From positions 3,218 to 45,171 of the forward strand of contig JBBTQJ010000015.1 of the NCBI GenBank assembly GCA_038065755.1: 41,954 nucleotides of DNA, given 5' to 3'. Source of the stretch: Patescibacteria group bacterium. Lineage in GTDB: Bacteria; Patescibacteriota; Minisyncoccia; Minisyncoccales; Staskawiczbacteraceae. The notes under the pieces were generated by a model that was not told the DNA's origin, ran no database searches, and saw nothing but the letters and a program-made list of their open reading frames with translations. This document shows, piece after piece, positions 1 through 8,454 of this stretch; the stretch's first letter is position 1; each line of letters begins with the position of its first letter. The position numbers and the translations under genes are program-made.

Positions 1-276
1 AATTTCTGGTTTGTCGTTTAATTTTCTTAATTCATCGTTTTCAATTTTAAACTCGGCGATCTCGTTCCTTAAAATTCCTAAAACTAAAAACAAAACGCAA
101 AACCCCGCCACCGCCAATATATTAATATGTCTAAATAAAAAAGGCAGAAAAATCAACAAGACACCGATAAATAAAAATGCCCACAAAAATATTTGCGGGA
201 CATTAATTGCCGAATTTATAAAAATTCCGATAATAAACGAAATGCAAAAATAAAAAAGTATTTTCGACGGAGTCAT
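1..276 (-). CDS. N-terminal part of a multi-pass membrane protein, probably ComEC/Rec2 competence protein (runs off the window edge)
   Basis: Manual translation from ATG at 276: MTPSKILFYFCISFIIGIF...VLGILRNEIAEFKIENDEL, open to position 1. Three hydrophobic helices then a soluble segment, as in the ComEC N-terminus. Not in the ORF track because it is partial. Confidence 0.55.
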   Translation of the reverse strand, partial: MTPSKILFYFCISFIIGIFINSAINVPQIFLWAFLFIGVLLIFLPFLFRHINILAVAGFCVLFLVLGILRNEIAEFKIENDELRKLNDKPEI

Positions 277-309
277 TGCTTAATTTTTAATTCGAGGTTA
301 AATTATATT

Positions 310-1005
310 TCACCTAATCTGGCAAATTTTAAAATACGGGCTTATTTCTTTTTTTACCTCCTCTAAAAAAATATCAGGATGCGGCTTTGTTTTTTCAAAC
401 TTTGGGTCAATGGTTTTTTCCGGCCTGAAGTTTTGCAGATAGTACTTCACTTCCGGCCCCCCTATCCATTTGGCAATTTCCAAAAAGTCTTCTTTCTCGT
501 GAACGCCCGGGACCACCGTTGTGCGGAACTCAGAATTTATTTGACTTCTTTTTAGAATATCAACGCTGTTTTTGATATTCTCTATATTGCATTCGCCAAA
601 ATATCCTGAATATTTTTCTATGGGAAGTTTTATATCCATAGCAACATAATCAATTTGTTTTTTTAAGATTAAATCTTCAAGCATTTTCGGGTTAGAACCA
701 TTGGTGTCAAGCTTTATAAAATATCCCAAATTTTTAATTTTTTCTATAAACTTTGTCAAATCTTTGTTCGTTGACGGTTCTCCCCCCGTAACACAAACCC
801 CATCTAAAAACTCTTTTCTTTCTTTTAAAAAATCAAAAAATTCTTTTTCTGAAATTCGCGGCTGTTTTATAATTTTTGCCGGTAAAACAAGCTCTGAATT
901 ATAACACCAGCCGCACCTAAAATTGCATCCGGCTAAAAAAACTGTGCAAGCCAGCTTACCTGGATAATCTATTAAAGTTGTTTTTTGCAATCCGCCAATT
1001 ATCAT
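310..1005 (-). CDS. nrdG: Anaerobic ribonucleoside-triphosphate reductase activating protein (radical SAM)
   Basis: CNFRCGWCYN radical SAM motif, TLIDYPG, VTGGEP, KLDTNGS; adjacent to nrdD. Confidence 0.93.
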   Translation of the reverse strand: MIIGGLQKTTLIDYPGKLACTVFLAGCNFRCGWCYNSELVLPAKIIKQPRISEKEFFDFLKERKEFLDGVCVTGGEPSTNKDLTKFIEKIKNLGYFIKLDTNGSNPKMLEDLILKKQIDYVAMDIKLPIEKYSGYFGECNIENIKNSVDILKRSQINSEFRTTVVPGVHEKEDFLEIAKWIGGPEVKYYLQNFRPEKTIDPKFEKTKPHPDIFLEEVKKEISPYFKICQIR

Positions 1006-1029
1006 ACAATTGAGTATCTTTACTATACC

Positions 1030-1060
1030 AAAAAACCGCCTTATATTAAAGCGGTTTTTT
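1030..1060. terminator. Intrinsic terminator-like hairpin between nrdD and nrdG
   Basis: aaaaaaccgc-cttatattaaa-gcggtttttt with A/T tracts on both sides. Confidence 0.55.
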
Positions 1061-1071
1061 TGTATTTGGTT

Positions 1072-3198
1072 TTAAGCCAACGCCGGGGTTTTATATTCTT
1101 TTCTTTCTTTATATTCTTGTTTTTTACCTTTATTCCATTGCTGAACAGGCCTTATATATCCCACAATTCTTGTATAAACTTCGCAGGGCTGTTTTATGGC
1201 GCATTTCGGGCATTCAAAATGTTCGCCGTCTAAATATCCGTGAGAGGGGCAAATAGAAAAGGTTGGGGTTAGGGTAATATACGGCAAATGAAATTTTTCA
1301 AATGCTCTTTTGACTAAATTTTTTGCCATTTGAGGGTCTGAAATTCTCTCTCCTAAAAATAAATGCAAAACTGTTCCTCCTGTATATTTTGTTTGGAGTT
1401 CGTCTTGTAATTTTAGCGCCTCAAAGGGGTCTGTGGTATAGTCAACCGGCAAATGAGTTGAATTTGTATAATAAGGAATTTCTTTTGTGCCAGCTGTAAT
1501 AATATCCGGATATTTTTCTCTGTCGGTTCTTGCCTGGCGATAACTTGTTCCTTCGCCGGGCGTTGCCTCTAAATTATACATATTGCCTGTTTTTTCCTGG
1601 AATTTAACCATTTTTTCTCTCATAAAATCTAATACTTCTAAAGCAAGTTTTTTTCCGTTTTTTGAAGATATATCCTCTCCTAAAAAATTTAAAAGGGCTT
1701 CGTTCATCCCTATTAATCCAATTGTTGAAAAATGATTTCCAAAATAAGAATTTCTAATGCTTTTAACGCCGTCTAAATAGTGCCTTGAGAAAGGATAAAG
1801 TCCTTTTTCTATAAAGTTTTCCAGGGCTTTTCTTTTTATTTCTAAAGACTCTTTTGCCAAGTCCATTAAATGCCCCAGTCTTTCAAAAAAATCTTTTTTA
1901 GTTTTAGAAAGATATCCGATTCTCGGCAAATTCATAGTCACCACTCCAATACTGCCGGTAAGGGGCTGTGAACCAAATAATCCGCCACCCCTCATTAAAA
2001 GTTCTTTGTTGTTCAAACGAAGCCGACAACACATACTTCTGAAATCTTCCGGCTTCATATCTGACTGCAAAAAATTTGAAAAATAATTTATTCCGTATTT
2101 GGCCGTTGCTTCCCACATTGCGTTAAGGTTGGGATTGTCCCATTCAAAATCTTTTGTGACAGAAACGGTAGGGATTGGAAAAGTAAAAGGCCTTCCCTTG
2201 GAATCTCCCTCCATTAAACCTTCATAAAAGGCCTTAATAAACATATCCATTTCCGGCTGAAATTCTCCGTAGGTTTCATTTTGCGGTTCTCCTCCGATTA
2301 TTACAGGCTGTTTTGCTAAAAACGATGGCGGTTTAATATCTAAAGAAACGTTTAAAAAGGGTGTTTGAAAACCAACGCGGGTTGGCACCATACAGTTGTA
2401 CAAAAATTCCTGCATTGCCTGTTTTACTTGTTTATAAGTTAAATTATCGTATCTGATAAACGGGGCCAAAAGGGTGTCAAAATTAGAAACAGCGTTGGCT
2501 CCGGCTGTTTCTCCCTGAAGAGTATATAAAACATTTACCAGCTGGCCTAAGGCGGTTCTTAAATGTTTTGGCGGCTTGCATTCTATTTTTCCCATTACTC
2601 CGCCAAAGCCCCTTCTTAAAAAATCATATAAATCCCAGCCGGCGCAATACGGCGAAAGAAGTTCTAAGTTATGAATATGAAAATCCTCGTTAAAGGCCGC
2701 CTCTCTTACTTCTTTGGGATAAATTTTGTTAAGCCAGTATTTTTTTGAAACATAAGAGCCGACATACTGATTTAATCCCTGCAAAGAAAAGGTCATATTG
2801 GCGTTTTCAGCAATCTGCCAGTCAAGTTCTTTTAAATAACTGTCAATTTTATCTGAAGATTCGTCAGAGATTACTCCCAGTTCTCTGATTTTTCTTCTTT
2901 GATCTCTATATAATATATAGGCTCTAGCCGTATCAACCAGGCCTTCTAAAATTAAAACCTCTTCCACGATATCTTGGATTTGCTCAACAGTGGGAATTTC
3001 TTCTTTTTTAAAGCGCCTGTTTAAAATTTCTATTGCTTTCTCTGATGCTTTTCTGGATTTTATACCATCGCCCTGTCCAGCGGCTGTAATTGCCTTAAAA
3101 ACAGCATCTGTGATTTTTTGCTGCAAAAACTCAACAATAGAGCCGTCTCTTTTTTGGACTTTTGTTATATGGTTTGTTATTTTATTTGCTTTTTTCAT
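1072..3198 (-). CDS. nrdD: Class III (anaerobic) ribonucleoside-triphosphate reductase with N-terminal ATP cone
   Basis: VQKRDG ATP cone, SMCCRL finger loop, CPSHGY...CPKC zinc site, RIVGY glycyl radical motif. Confidence 0.96.
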   Translation of the reverse strand: MKKANKITNHITKVQKRDGSIVEFLQQKITDAVFKAITAAGQGDGIKSRKASEKAIEILNRRFKKEEIPTVEQIQDIVEEVLILEGLVDTARAYILYRDQRRKIRELGVISDESSDKIDSYLKELDWQIAENANMTFSLQGLNQYVGSYVSKKYWLNKIYPKEVREAAFNEDFHIHNLELLSPYCAGWDLYDFLRRGFGGVMGKIECKPPKHLRTALGQLVNVLYTLQGETAGANAVSNFDTLLAPFIRYDNLTYKQVKQAMQEFLYNCMVPTRVGFQTPFLNVSLDIKPPSFLAKQPVIIGGEPQNETYGEFQPEMDMFIKAFYEGLMEGDSKGRPFTFPIPTVSVTKDFEWDNPNLNAMWEATAKYGINYFSNFLQSDMKPEDFRSMCCRLRLNNKELLMRGGGLFGSQPLTGSIGVVTMNLPRIGYLSKTKKDFFERLGHLMDLAKESLEIKRKALENFIEKGLYPFSRHYLDGVKSIRNSYFGNHFSTIGLIGMNEALLNFLGEDISSKNGKKLALEVLDFMREKMVKFQEKTGNMYNLEATPGEGTSYRQARTDREKYPDIITAGTKEIPYYTNSTHLPVDYTTDPFEALKLQDELQTKYTGGTVLHLFLGERISDPQMAKNLVKRAFEKFHLPYITLTPTFSICPSHGYLDGEHFECPKCAIKQPCEVYTRIVGYIRPVQQWNKGKKQEYKERKEYKTPALA

Positions 3199-3312
3199 TG
3201 ATAAAAAATTGATAAAAAAATGGCCTTAGCCCTTGATTGTTGTAATACTTTAAAATTTTAAAAAAATAAAAAATTTAAACAACAAATTTTTTACCTTTCA
3301 TAAGATTATTCC

Positions 3313-3340
3313 ATTTTACCTTATCAAAAAAACGGGTCAA
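3313..3340 (-). promoter_or_regulatory. Putative sigma70 promoter of nrdD
   Basis: Minus strand TTGACC-N16-TAAAAT about 115 bp upstream of the start codon. Confidence 0.5.
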
Positions 3341-3362
3341 GCCCCACTTAAAACACAAAATC

Positions 3363-3371
3363 TGTGGATAA
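3363..3371. promoter_or_regulatory. Perfect DnaA box upstream of nrdD
   Basis: tgtggataa is the reverse complement of TTATCCACA; it lies about 22 bp upstream of the putative -35. Confidence 0.5.
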
Positions 3372-3404
3372 GTATAAACTATGCCCCATTGGGGCAACAA
3401 TAAA

Positions 3405-3434
3405 CAAAAAATACTCTTTTTTGAGTATTTTTTG
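3405..3434. terminator. Terminator-like hairpin downstream of the Lys-rich gene
   Basis: caaaaaatactc-tttttt-gagtattttttg. Confidence 0.5.
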
Positions 3435-3443
3435 CAATTAATT

Positions 3444-3477
3444 TGCCAGAATTTCTACGATCGTAGAAATTCTGGCA
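3444..3477. repeat. Perfect 34-bp palindrome centred on CGATCG
   Basis: tgccagaatttctacga|tcgtagaaattctggca. Confidence 0.9.
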
Positions 3478-3487
3478 CAACTTTATT

Positions 3488-3712
3488 TTAAATCGCGGCT
3501 ATTTTTGCCATAAAATAATCAAATTTTTCCTTGCTGATGTCTATGATTGCTTTTATTTTTCTGGAAACTTTCCTTTTTTTCTTCACAACAATCTTTTTCT
3601 TGGCAACAGGCTTTTTCTTTTTTGCGACAATCTTTTTCTTGACAACTATTTTCTTTTTTCTGGCAATGGGCCTTTTCTTAGCCGCGGCTTTCTTCTTTTT
3701 ATTTTTTTTCAT
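3488..3712 (-). CDS. Small Lys-rich, histone H1/Hc2-like basic protein (putative nucleoid protein)
   Basis: 74 aa with repeated (A/V)KKK-IV/PV units; collinear with neighbouring genes. Confidence 0.65.
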   Translation of the reverse strand: MKKNKKKKAAAKKRPIARKKKIVVKKKIVAKKKKPVAKKKIVVKKKRKVSRKIKAIIDISKEKFDYFMAKIAAI

Positions 3713-3742
3713 ATTTTTTATAAATTAATTTACCGCGACTTT

Positions 3743-4252
3743 CTAAATCCCGTTAAGTTTATCTTTTAACCCATCTATTTGTTTTTTTACCAATTGTTCC
3801 TGTTTTTGTTTTTGTAATCTCTCGATCGCCAGCCGCCTTTCCTCATTTATTTCATGAAGTTTATCATCCACTTCCTTAACCATTATTTCTTCCATAGTTA
3901 AATCTGCTTTATCCGGGCTGGCTCTTAAAATTTTAGACTCCGCACTCTGCAATAAATCTAATTTGATTCCATCGGCAACTATCATATCTTCTCCACCTAA
4001 TTGTCTCGTTATTTCGTCAGATATATCCAAAGCTTTTTTTTTGCGATCCCTATAGCGAGATTCTATTTTATCTAATTCTATTTTTTCCTCTGGATTTGAT
4101 ATTTCTTCTGGTTTTGGTGCTAACTCCGATTCCTTTTTCTCTTCTTCGGCTAAAATTAATTCTTCTGCCTCTTGAACCGGTTTTTCTTCCTCTGGCGGTA
4201 GTTCTTCTTCTGACGACACTAGTTCTTCTTCGTGTCTATTTATTTCTGACAT
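3743..4252 (-). CDS. Hypothetical acidic, coiled-coil-rich protein
   Basis: 169-aa ORF with Glu/Pro-rich N-terminus and no recognisable motif. Confidence 0.75.
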   Translation of the reverse strand: MSEINRHEEELVSSEEELPPEEEKPVQEAEELILAEEEKKESELAPKPEEISNPEEKIELDKIESRYRDRKKKALDISDEITRQLGGEDMIVADGIKLDLLQSAESKILRASPDKADLTMEEIMVKEVDDKLHEINEERRLAIERLQKQKQEQLVKKQIDGLKDKLNGI

Positions 4253-4293
4253 AAAATTTTTAATTTAAATTTTAATTATTATTTTCGACCTTT

Positions 4294-4453
4294 AGACCTG
4301 TTGCGAAATAAGAATTCGCGCCTAAATTTGAAATTTTGGCTGCAAAATCATAAAATCTCGTCGGCTTATACTCTGTATAAACCTCCTCGATTTTCTGATT
4401 TTTCTCTCAAAATTTCTGCATTTCGCTTGCTAATTTTATTTCGCAACAGGTCT
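4294..4453 (-). mobile_element. 160-bp MITE-like palindromic element, copy 1 (about 19-bp terminal inverted repeats AGACCTGTTGCGAAATAA)
   Basis: TIRs read directly; reverse-complement homolog of 14993..15152; overlaps the ftsZ stop codon; flanks ttt/tat. Confidence 0.85.
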
Positions 4454-5394
4454 TATGCGATTTTTGTGGCGATGACTGTGATTTTTATTTCTCCTTTTTT
4501 TAAATTTTCGTCTTTTACAGCCCCAAAAATTATCTGGGCTTTTTGGTCAACATTTTTTGTGATAATGCCGGCGGCTTCTTGAATTTCGTTTAAAGTAATA
4601 TCATTTCCAAAAACGCTGAATAAAACCCCCTTTGCCCCTTTAATGGAAAAATCCAGCAAGGGAGAGTTTATGGCTATGTTGGCGGCTTCGGTTGCCCTGT
4701 TTTGGCCGCTGGCCCTGCCTACCCCGAAAAGTGTTCTGCCTGAATCCTTCATAATAGAAGCCACCGAAGCAAAATCAATATTTATAATGCCTGGCACCAA
4801 AATCAAATCTGTAATGCCCTGCGCAGCTTCTGCTAAAACCTGATCGCAAATCCAAAAGGCATTTGATACGGTTGTCTTTTCGTCTATTATTTTTAAGAGC
4901 TTGTCGTTTGATATAACCAACAAAGAATCAACTTTTCCGTTTAAATTTTCTATTGCCTCCTCTGCTATTTTTTTTCTTTCTTCGCCCTCAAAAGAAAAGG
5001 GAGTTGTTACCACAGCTATGGTTAAAATGCCAAGATTTTTTGAAAGCTCGGCAATAATCGGCGAAGCGCCGCTACCGGTTCCCCCACCCATTCCGCAGGT
5101 GACAAAAACCATATCTGCTCCTTTTATAATTTTTAATAATTCTTTTTTGCTTTCCTCTGCTGCTTTTTTTCCTAAATCTACATCCATTCCAGTGCCAAGC
5201 CCCCTGGTAATTTCTTCGCCGATTAAAACTTTGTTTTGAGTTTTACAAAAATGAAGAGCCTGATTGTCTGTGTTCACGGCAATTAATTCCACCTGCTGAA
5301 TATTTAATTTTGCCTGCCTGCGCAGGCAGGCCATTCGGGAAACGGTATTAGAACCCGAGCCCCCCACTCCAATAACTTTAATTTTGGGATCCAT
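4453..5394 (-). CDS. ftsZ: Cell division protein FtsZ (lacks C-terminal linker and peptide)
   Basis: IKVIGVGG, AVNTD, GMGGGTGSG tubulin signature, INIDFA; ends at ITVIATKIA. Confidence 0.97.
   Translation of the reverse strand: MDPKIKVIGVGGSGSNTVSRMACLRRQAKLNIQQVELIAVNTDNQALHFCKTQNKVLIGEEITRGLGTGMDVDLGKKAAEESKKELLKIIKGADMVFVTCGMGGGTGSGASPIIAELSKNLGILTIAVVTTPFSFEGEERKKIAEEAIENLNGKVDSLLVISNDKLLKIIDEKTTVSNAFWICDQVLAEAAQGITDLILVPGIINIDFASVASIMKDSGRTLFGVGRASGQNRATEAANIAINSPLLDFSIKGAKGVLFSVFGNDITLNEIQEAAGIITKNVDQKAQIIFGAVKDENLKKGEIKITVIATKIA
5312..5331. repeat. Perfect 20-bp palindrome in frame within ftsZ
   Basis: gcctgcctgc|gcaggcaggc, encoding (A)CLRRQA. Confidence 0.85.
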
Positions 5395-5399
5395 ATAAT

Positions 5400-6704
5400 T
5401 TATGGAAGGAAGTGCTTAAATATTTTTTTAATTTTTAACCACCACCCCCTTGCAAATCCCAGTATACCTTCTTCGTCGTCAAAATCAACCCCTCCCAAAG
5501 CCAGCCCGGCAACAGTGGCCAAAGAAGGATCTTCTTTCAGGCCGTAAATGCCTTTTGGAATCCCAATTTCACAAGGAAGCTTTAAGGCAATTTTTGTAAG
5601 CTCTTTTATTTTTGGCAAATTTGCTCCTCCGCCCGTTAAAACTATTCCGCCTGGCAATAATTCTTGTCTTCCGATTTTTTTCAATTCTTTTTGAATCAAA
5701 TCTAAAATTTCAGAAACCCTCGGTTCTATAATTCCCACCAGGCTTTTCTTTGTAAAAAAAATTGAAGATGATTCATCAAAAATTTCTATTTTATTTGAAA
5801 CGCCTTTTAGTCCGCGCTCTTTTTTTTCGCCGGCTGTTTTATTTTCTTGATTAACTTCCGGTTTTCCATTTATGGAATACTTAATTTGGCGGCGCAATAA
5901 ATTATCTGCTTTTAAAAGCAGGCATAAGCCATATTGCTTTTTTATGCTTTCTGCAATAGAAACATCTGTGCGCAGCCCAATGGCTATATCGTTGGTAATA
6001 TTGGCTGATCCAATTGGAAAAACAGCAAGATGTATTAATTCCCCTTCTTCAAAAACCGCCAAGCTTGTAGTATTTGCCCCAAAATCAATTAAAGCAACCC
6101 CCAGCTCTTTTTGCTGGGGAGTTAAAACAGCTTTTGCTGCGGCCAGGGGAGAGGGTATTACGTCATTAATTTGTATTTTTGAATTTAAAACAGCCTGAGT
6201 AAGGTTTGTAAAATACTGCTGGAAATAACAGAGCAAAAGCACTTTTGCTTCCAATCGTATGCCCATTAGATCTAACGGTTGTTTTATTCCTTTTTGATCA
6301 TCAATAATAAATTCTCTGGGAAAAACGTCCAGCACCTCTTCGTTATGGGGGATATTTATGGCTTTTGTGGCCTGTAAAACCCTTTCTATATCTTCTTTAG
6401 AAATTCTTTGGTCTGCCCTGGAAACAGAAATTATTCCGTCAGAAGGAACAACATAAATATGACTGCCTCCGATATTTACAAAAACAGAGGTGATTTTTCT
6501 ATTGCATTCTTTTTCAGCTTTTGCTATTGCTAGCTGGACATTTTTTGAAGTTTCTTCCACGTTAAAAACCGCTCCTTTTCTTAATCCAAAAGAAGGAACC
6601 TCAACATATGCCAAAACTTCCCATTCTTTTCCTTTTTTCTGGGCAACCAAACATTTGACAACGCTTGTCCCAATGTCTAAGCCTGCAACTATTTGACCAT
6701 TCAT
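5400..6704 (-). CDS. ftsA: Cell division protein FtsA
   Basis: GLDIGTS, LIDFGANTT, ITNDIAIGL, GIVLTGGGA; directly upstream of ftsZ. Confidence 0.96.
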   Translation of the reverse strand: MNGQIVAGLDIGTSVVKCLVAQKKGKEWEVLAYVEVPSFGLRKGAVFNVEETSKNVQLAIAKAEKECNRKITSVFVNIGGSHIYVVPSDGIISVSRADQRISKEDIERVLQATKAINIPHNEEVLDVFPREFIIDDQKGIKQPLDLMGIRLEAKVLLLCYFQQYFTNLTQAVLNSKIQINDVIPSPLAAAKAVLTPQQKELGVALIDFGANTTSLAVFEEGELIHLAVFPIGSANITNDIAIGLRTDVSIAESIKKQYGLCLLLKADNLLRRQIKYSINGKPEVNQENKTAGEKKERGLKGVSNKIEIFDESSSIFFTKKSLVGIIEPRVSEILDLIQKELKKIGRQELLPGGIVLTGGGANLPKIKELTKIALKLPCEIGIPKGIYGLKEDPSLATVAGLALGGVDFDDEEGILGFARGWWLKIKKIFKHFLP

Positions 6705-6726
6705 AAAAAATTTTTGGTTTTAAATT

Positions 6727-7155
6727 TCAAATTACCGACGATAAATAATGCTCTTCTTTTTTTTCCATTATTTCTGCTTCTTTTTTTGTTTTTTCGTGGT
6801 TATATTCTAAAAGATGCAAAATCCCGTGTGTTAAAACTTTTGTTAATTCTTCTTTAATGCTGGTTTTATATTTTTTAGCGTTTTCTTTTACAAATGCGGG
6901 GCAAATAATCACCTCGCCCAAATCATCTTTTAAAACTTGAAGCTTAAAACTTGAGACCCCGCCAAAAGACAAAACATCTGTCGCTTTATTTTTTTTGCGA
7001 TATTTTTTATTAAGCTTTCTTATCTCGCCAGTTGGAACAAAAACAACAGACAAGTTTTTCTTTTCTTTATTTTCGCCTTTTAATACTTTTTTTGCAACAC
7101 CTGTGAAAAACTTTTTATCCACAGCGAGGCCCGCAAGATTATTTATCTCAATCAT
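6727..7155 (-). CDS. ybeY: rRNA maturation endoribonuclease YbeY
   Basis: LNKKYR...ATDVLSF, LGEVIIC, HGILHLLEYNH. Confidence 0.95.
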   Translation of the reverse strand: MIEINNLAGLAVDKKFFTGVAKKVLKGENKEKKNLSVVFVPTGEIRKLNKKYRKKNKATDVLSFGGVSSFKLQVLKDDLGEVIICPAFVKENAKKYKTSIKEELTKVLTHGILHLLEYNHEKTKKEAEIMEKKEEHYLSSVI

Positions 7156-7206
7156 TTCCTTATTTTAACTTAATTTTACTTTTTTTCAAAATTCACGCGA
7201 TAAAAT

Positions 7207-7237
7207 AAAAATAGGCAAGAGCCCATTTCCTATTTTT
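7207..7237 (-). terminator. Terminator-like hairpin after the TA operon
   Basis: aaaaatagg-N13-cctattttt. Confidence 0.45.
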
Positions 7238-7255
7238 GTATCCAGATTTTAATTA

Positions 7256-7597
7256 TCAATTATTTAAAATTCTACTTTTCACAATAGTTATCAAGTCGTG
7301 CTCTGATTTATAAATTCCGTGGCGAGAAAATACTATTATTTTATAACAATCCATATTAATCATTTGAAAGACAACGCGGTATCCTTTTGATTTGCCTACA
7401 CTTTCTCTCATCGGAACAACCCTGCCCTTATAAATTTTACATTCGCCAAAACCGGGGAAAGCTTCTATGGCTGGTGTTTCTCTTAACCCCTTCAAACAAA
7501 AAAGACGCTCCCATGCCTCCAATGACTCGTGAGGTGCTGGAAAGCGTCGCAGGTCTTTTAAGTCTTTTTCAATGTCTTTATGCCGAATAGTCTTCAT
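7256..7597 (-). CDS. RelE/ParE-superfamily toxin (likely start MKTIRHK at 7597)
   Basis: IYKGRV...GKSKGYRVVF resembles the RelE/HigB GKSGGxRVIY region; starts 4 bp after the antitoxin stop. Confidence 0.7.
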   Translation of the reverse strand: MKTIRHKDIEKDLKDLRRFPAPHESLEAWERLFCLKGLRETPAIEAFPGFGECKIYKGRVVPMRESVGKSKGYRVVFQMINMDCYKIIVFSRHGIYKSEHDLITIVKSRILNN

Positions 7598-7601
7598 GCG
7601 C

Positions 7602-8099
7602 TTACATATTGGCCATTTCTCCGTATTTATTGCGATAATACGATAGATTATAGTCGATAACGCTATTTGGCTTTGTTGCAATCCATGGCGCTTCTCCATG
7701 GCTTGCATTTTTCATCTCGGCGCCCGAAAATTTTTCCCATTTATTGGCGATTTCTTCCATCATTAATAATTCCTCTTTTGAAAATAAATTTATATCAAAT
7801 TCTTTCAACGACTCAATGTGCTGTTGGTCATTATAACCAGAACCAATTTTTCTTTTAGTAATTTTAATATCTTTACCGTTCATCTCTTTTAATATTTTCT
7901 CTGCCATCCTTGGAATTGGGCCATTATCAAATCTTAAATATTCGTCTCCTGACACGGGCTTCCCGTATTTTTCAAAATAATCAAAATCCAAAAAGTATAA
8001 TAACTTCATTATTTTTAATTTTCCAAGCGTGCCATTTTTTATCTTATTTGCAAAAAACAAGATAAGATTTTTGTATTTTTTCTCGTTTATTTTAACCAT
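7602..8099 (-). CDS. Panacea-domain (DUF4065/SocA-like) antitoxin
   Basis: KLKIMKLLYFLDF, FDNGPIP, ASHGEAPW motifs; likely start MVKINEKK at 8099. Confidence 0.88.
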   Translation of the reverse strand: MVKINEKKYKNLILFFANKIKNGTLGKLKIMKLLYFLDFDYFEKYGKPVSGDEYLRFDNGPIPRMAEKILKEMNGKDIKITKRKIGSGYNDQQHIESLKEFDINLFSKEELLMMEEIANKWEKFSGAEMKNASHGEAPWIATKPNSVIDYNLSYYRNKYGEMANM

Positions 8100-8309
8100 A
8101 AATTGATTTATTCTATTATAACACAATCAAATAAAAAACCAAGATACTAAAAGATGGGTACTTCCCAAATCGTTTTTAATAATTTTTTGAATACTGCTGT
8201 TTTTATTTCTCAACTAATTTTTAATTTTATACAAAAAGGCTCCTAACCCCCCCTTTTTTTCTCGTACTTGTCAATCGTAACAAACTGCCTTAATTAAAAG
8301 TTTTGAAAT

Positions 8310-8454
8310 AAAAAAACCTCTCAGAAGATTTCTCTTCGTCGAGGCATACGAAGCATTAAAACTTCGCAGTTACGATCTGTCACAACATAATCTTGCGCTT
8401 ACTTGTTGAACTAACTTTTCGCATTAAATGTCGCCACAAGATGATAATGTTATA
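8310..8454 (-). ncRNA. Candidate structured small RNA or leader
   Basis: Upstream TTGAAA-N18-TAGAAT (8490..8461), three predicted helices including gaaga-GAAA-tcttc, final hairpin followed by a T tract. Confidence 0.4.

Noticed and set aside
3450-3468. AATTTCTAC-GATC-GTAGA resembles the Cas12a crRNA repeat handle
   Set aside because: Single copy, no spacers or cas genes, loop and terminal bases differ, and the match is explained by the larger perfect palindrome.
4301-4582. 93-aa plus-strand ORF
   Set aside because: Arises from the palindromic element plus the antisense of ftsZ; no independent support.
7115-7123. Perfect DnaA box in ybeY; possible oriC
   Set aside because: Isolated, inside a coding region, with no box cluster or dnaA nearby.
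8247-8260. C7-T7 homopolymer as a phase-variation switch
   Set aside because: Not within a supported ORF or between promoter elements I could identify.
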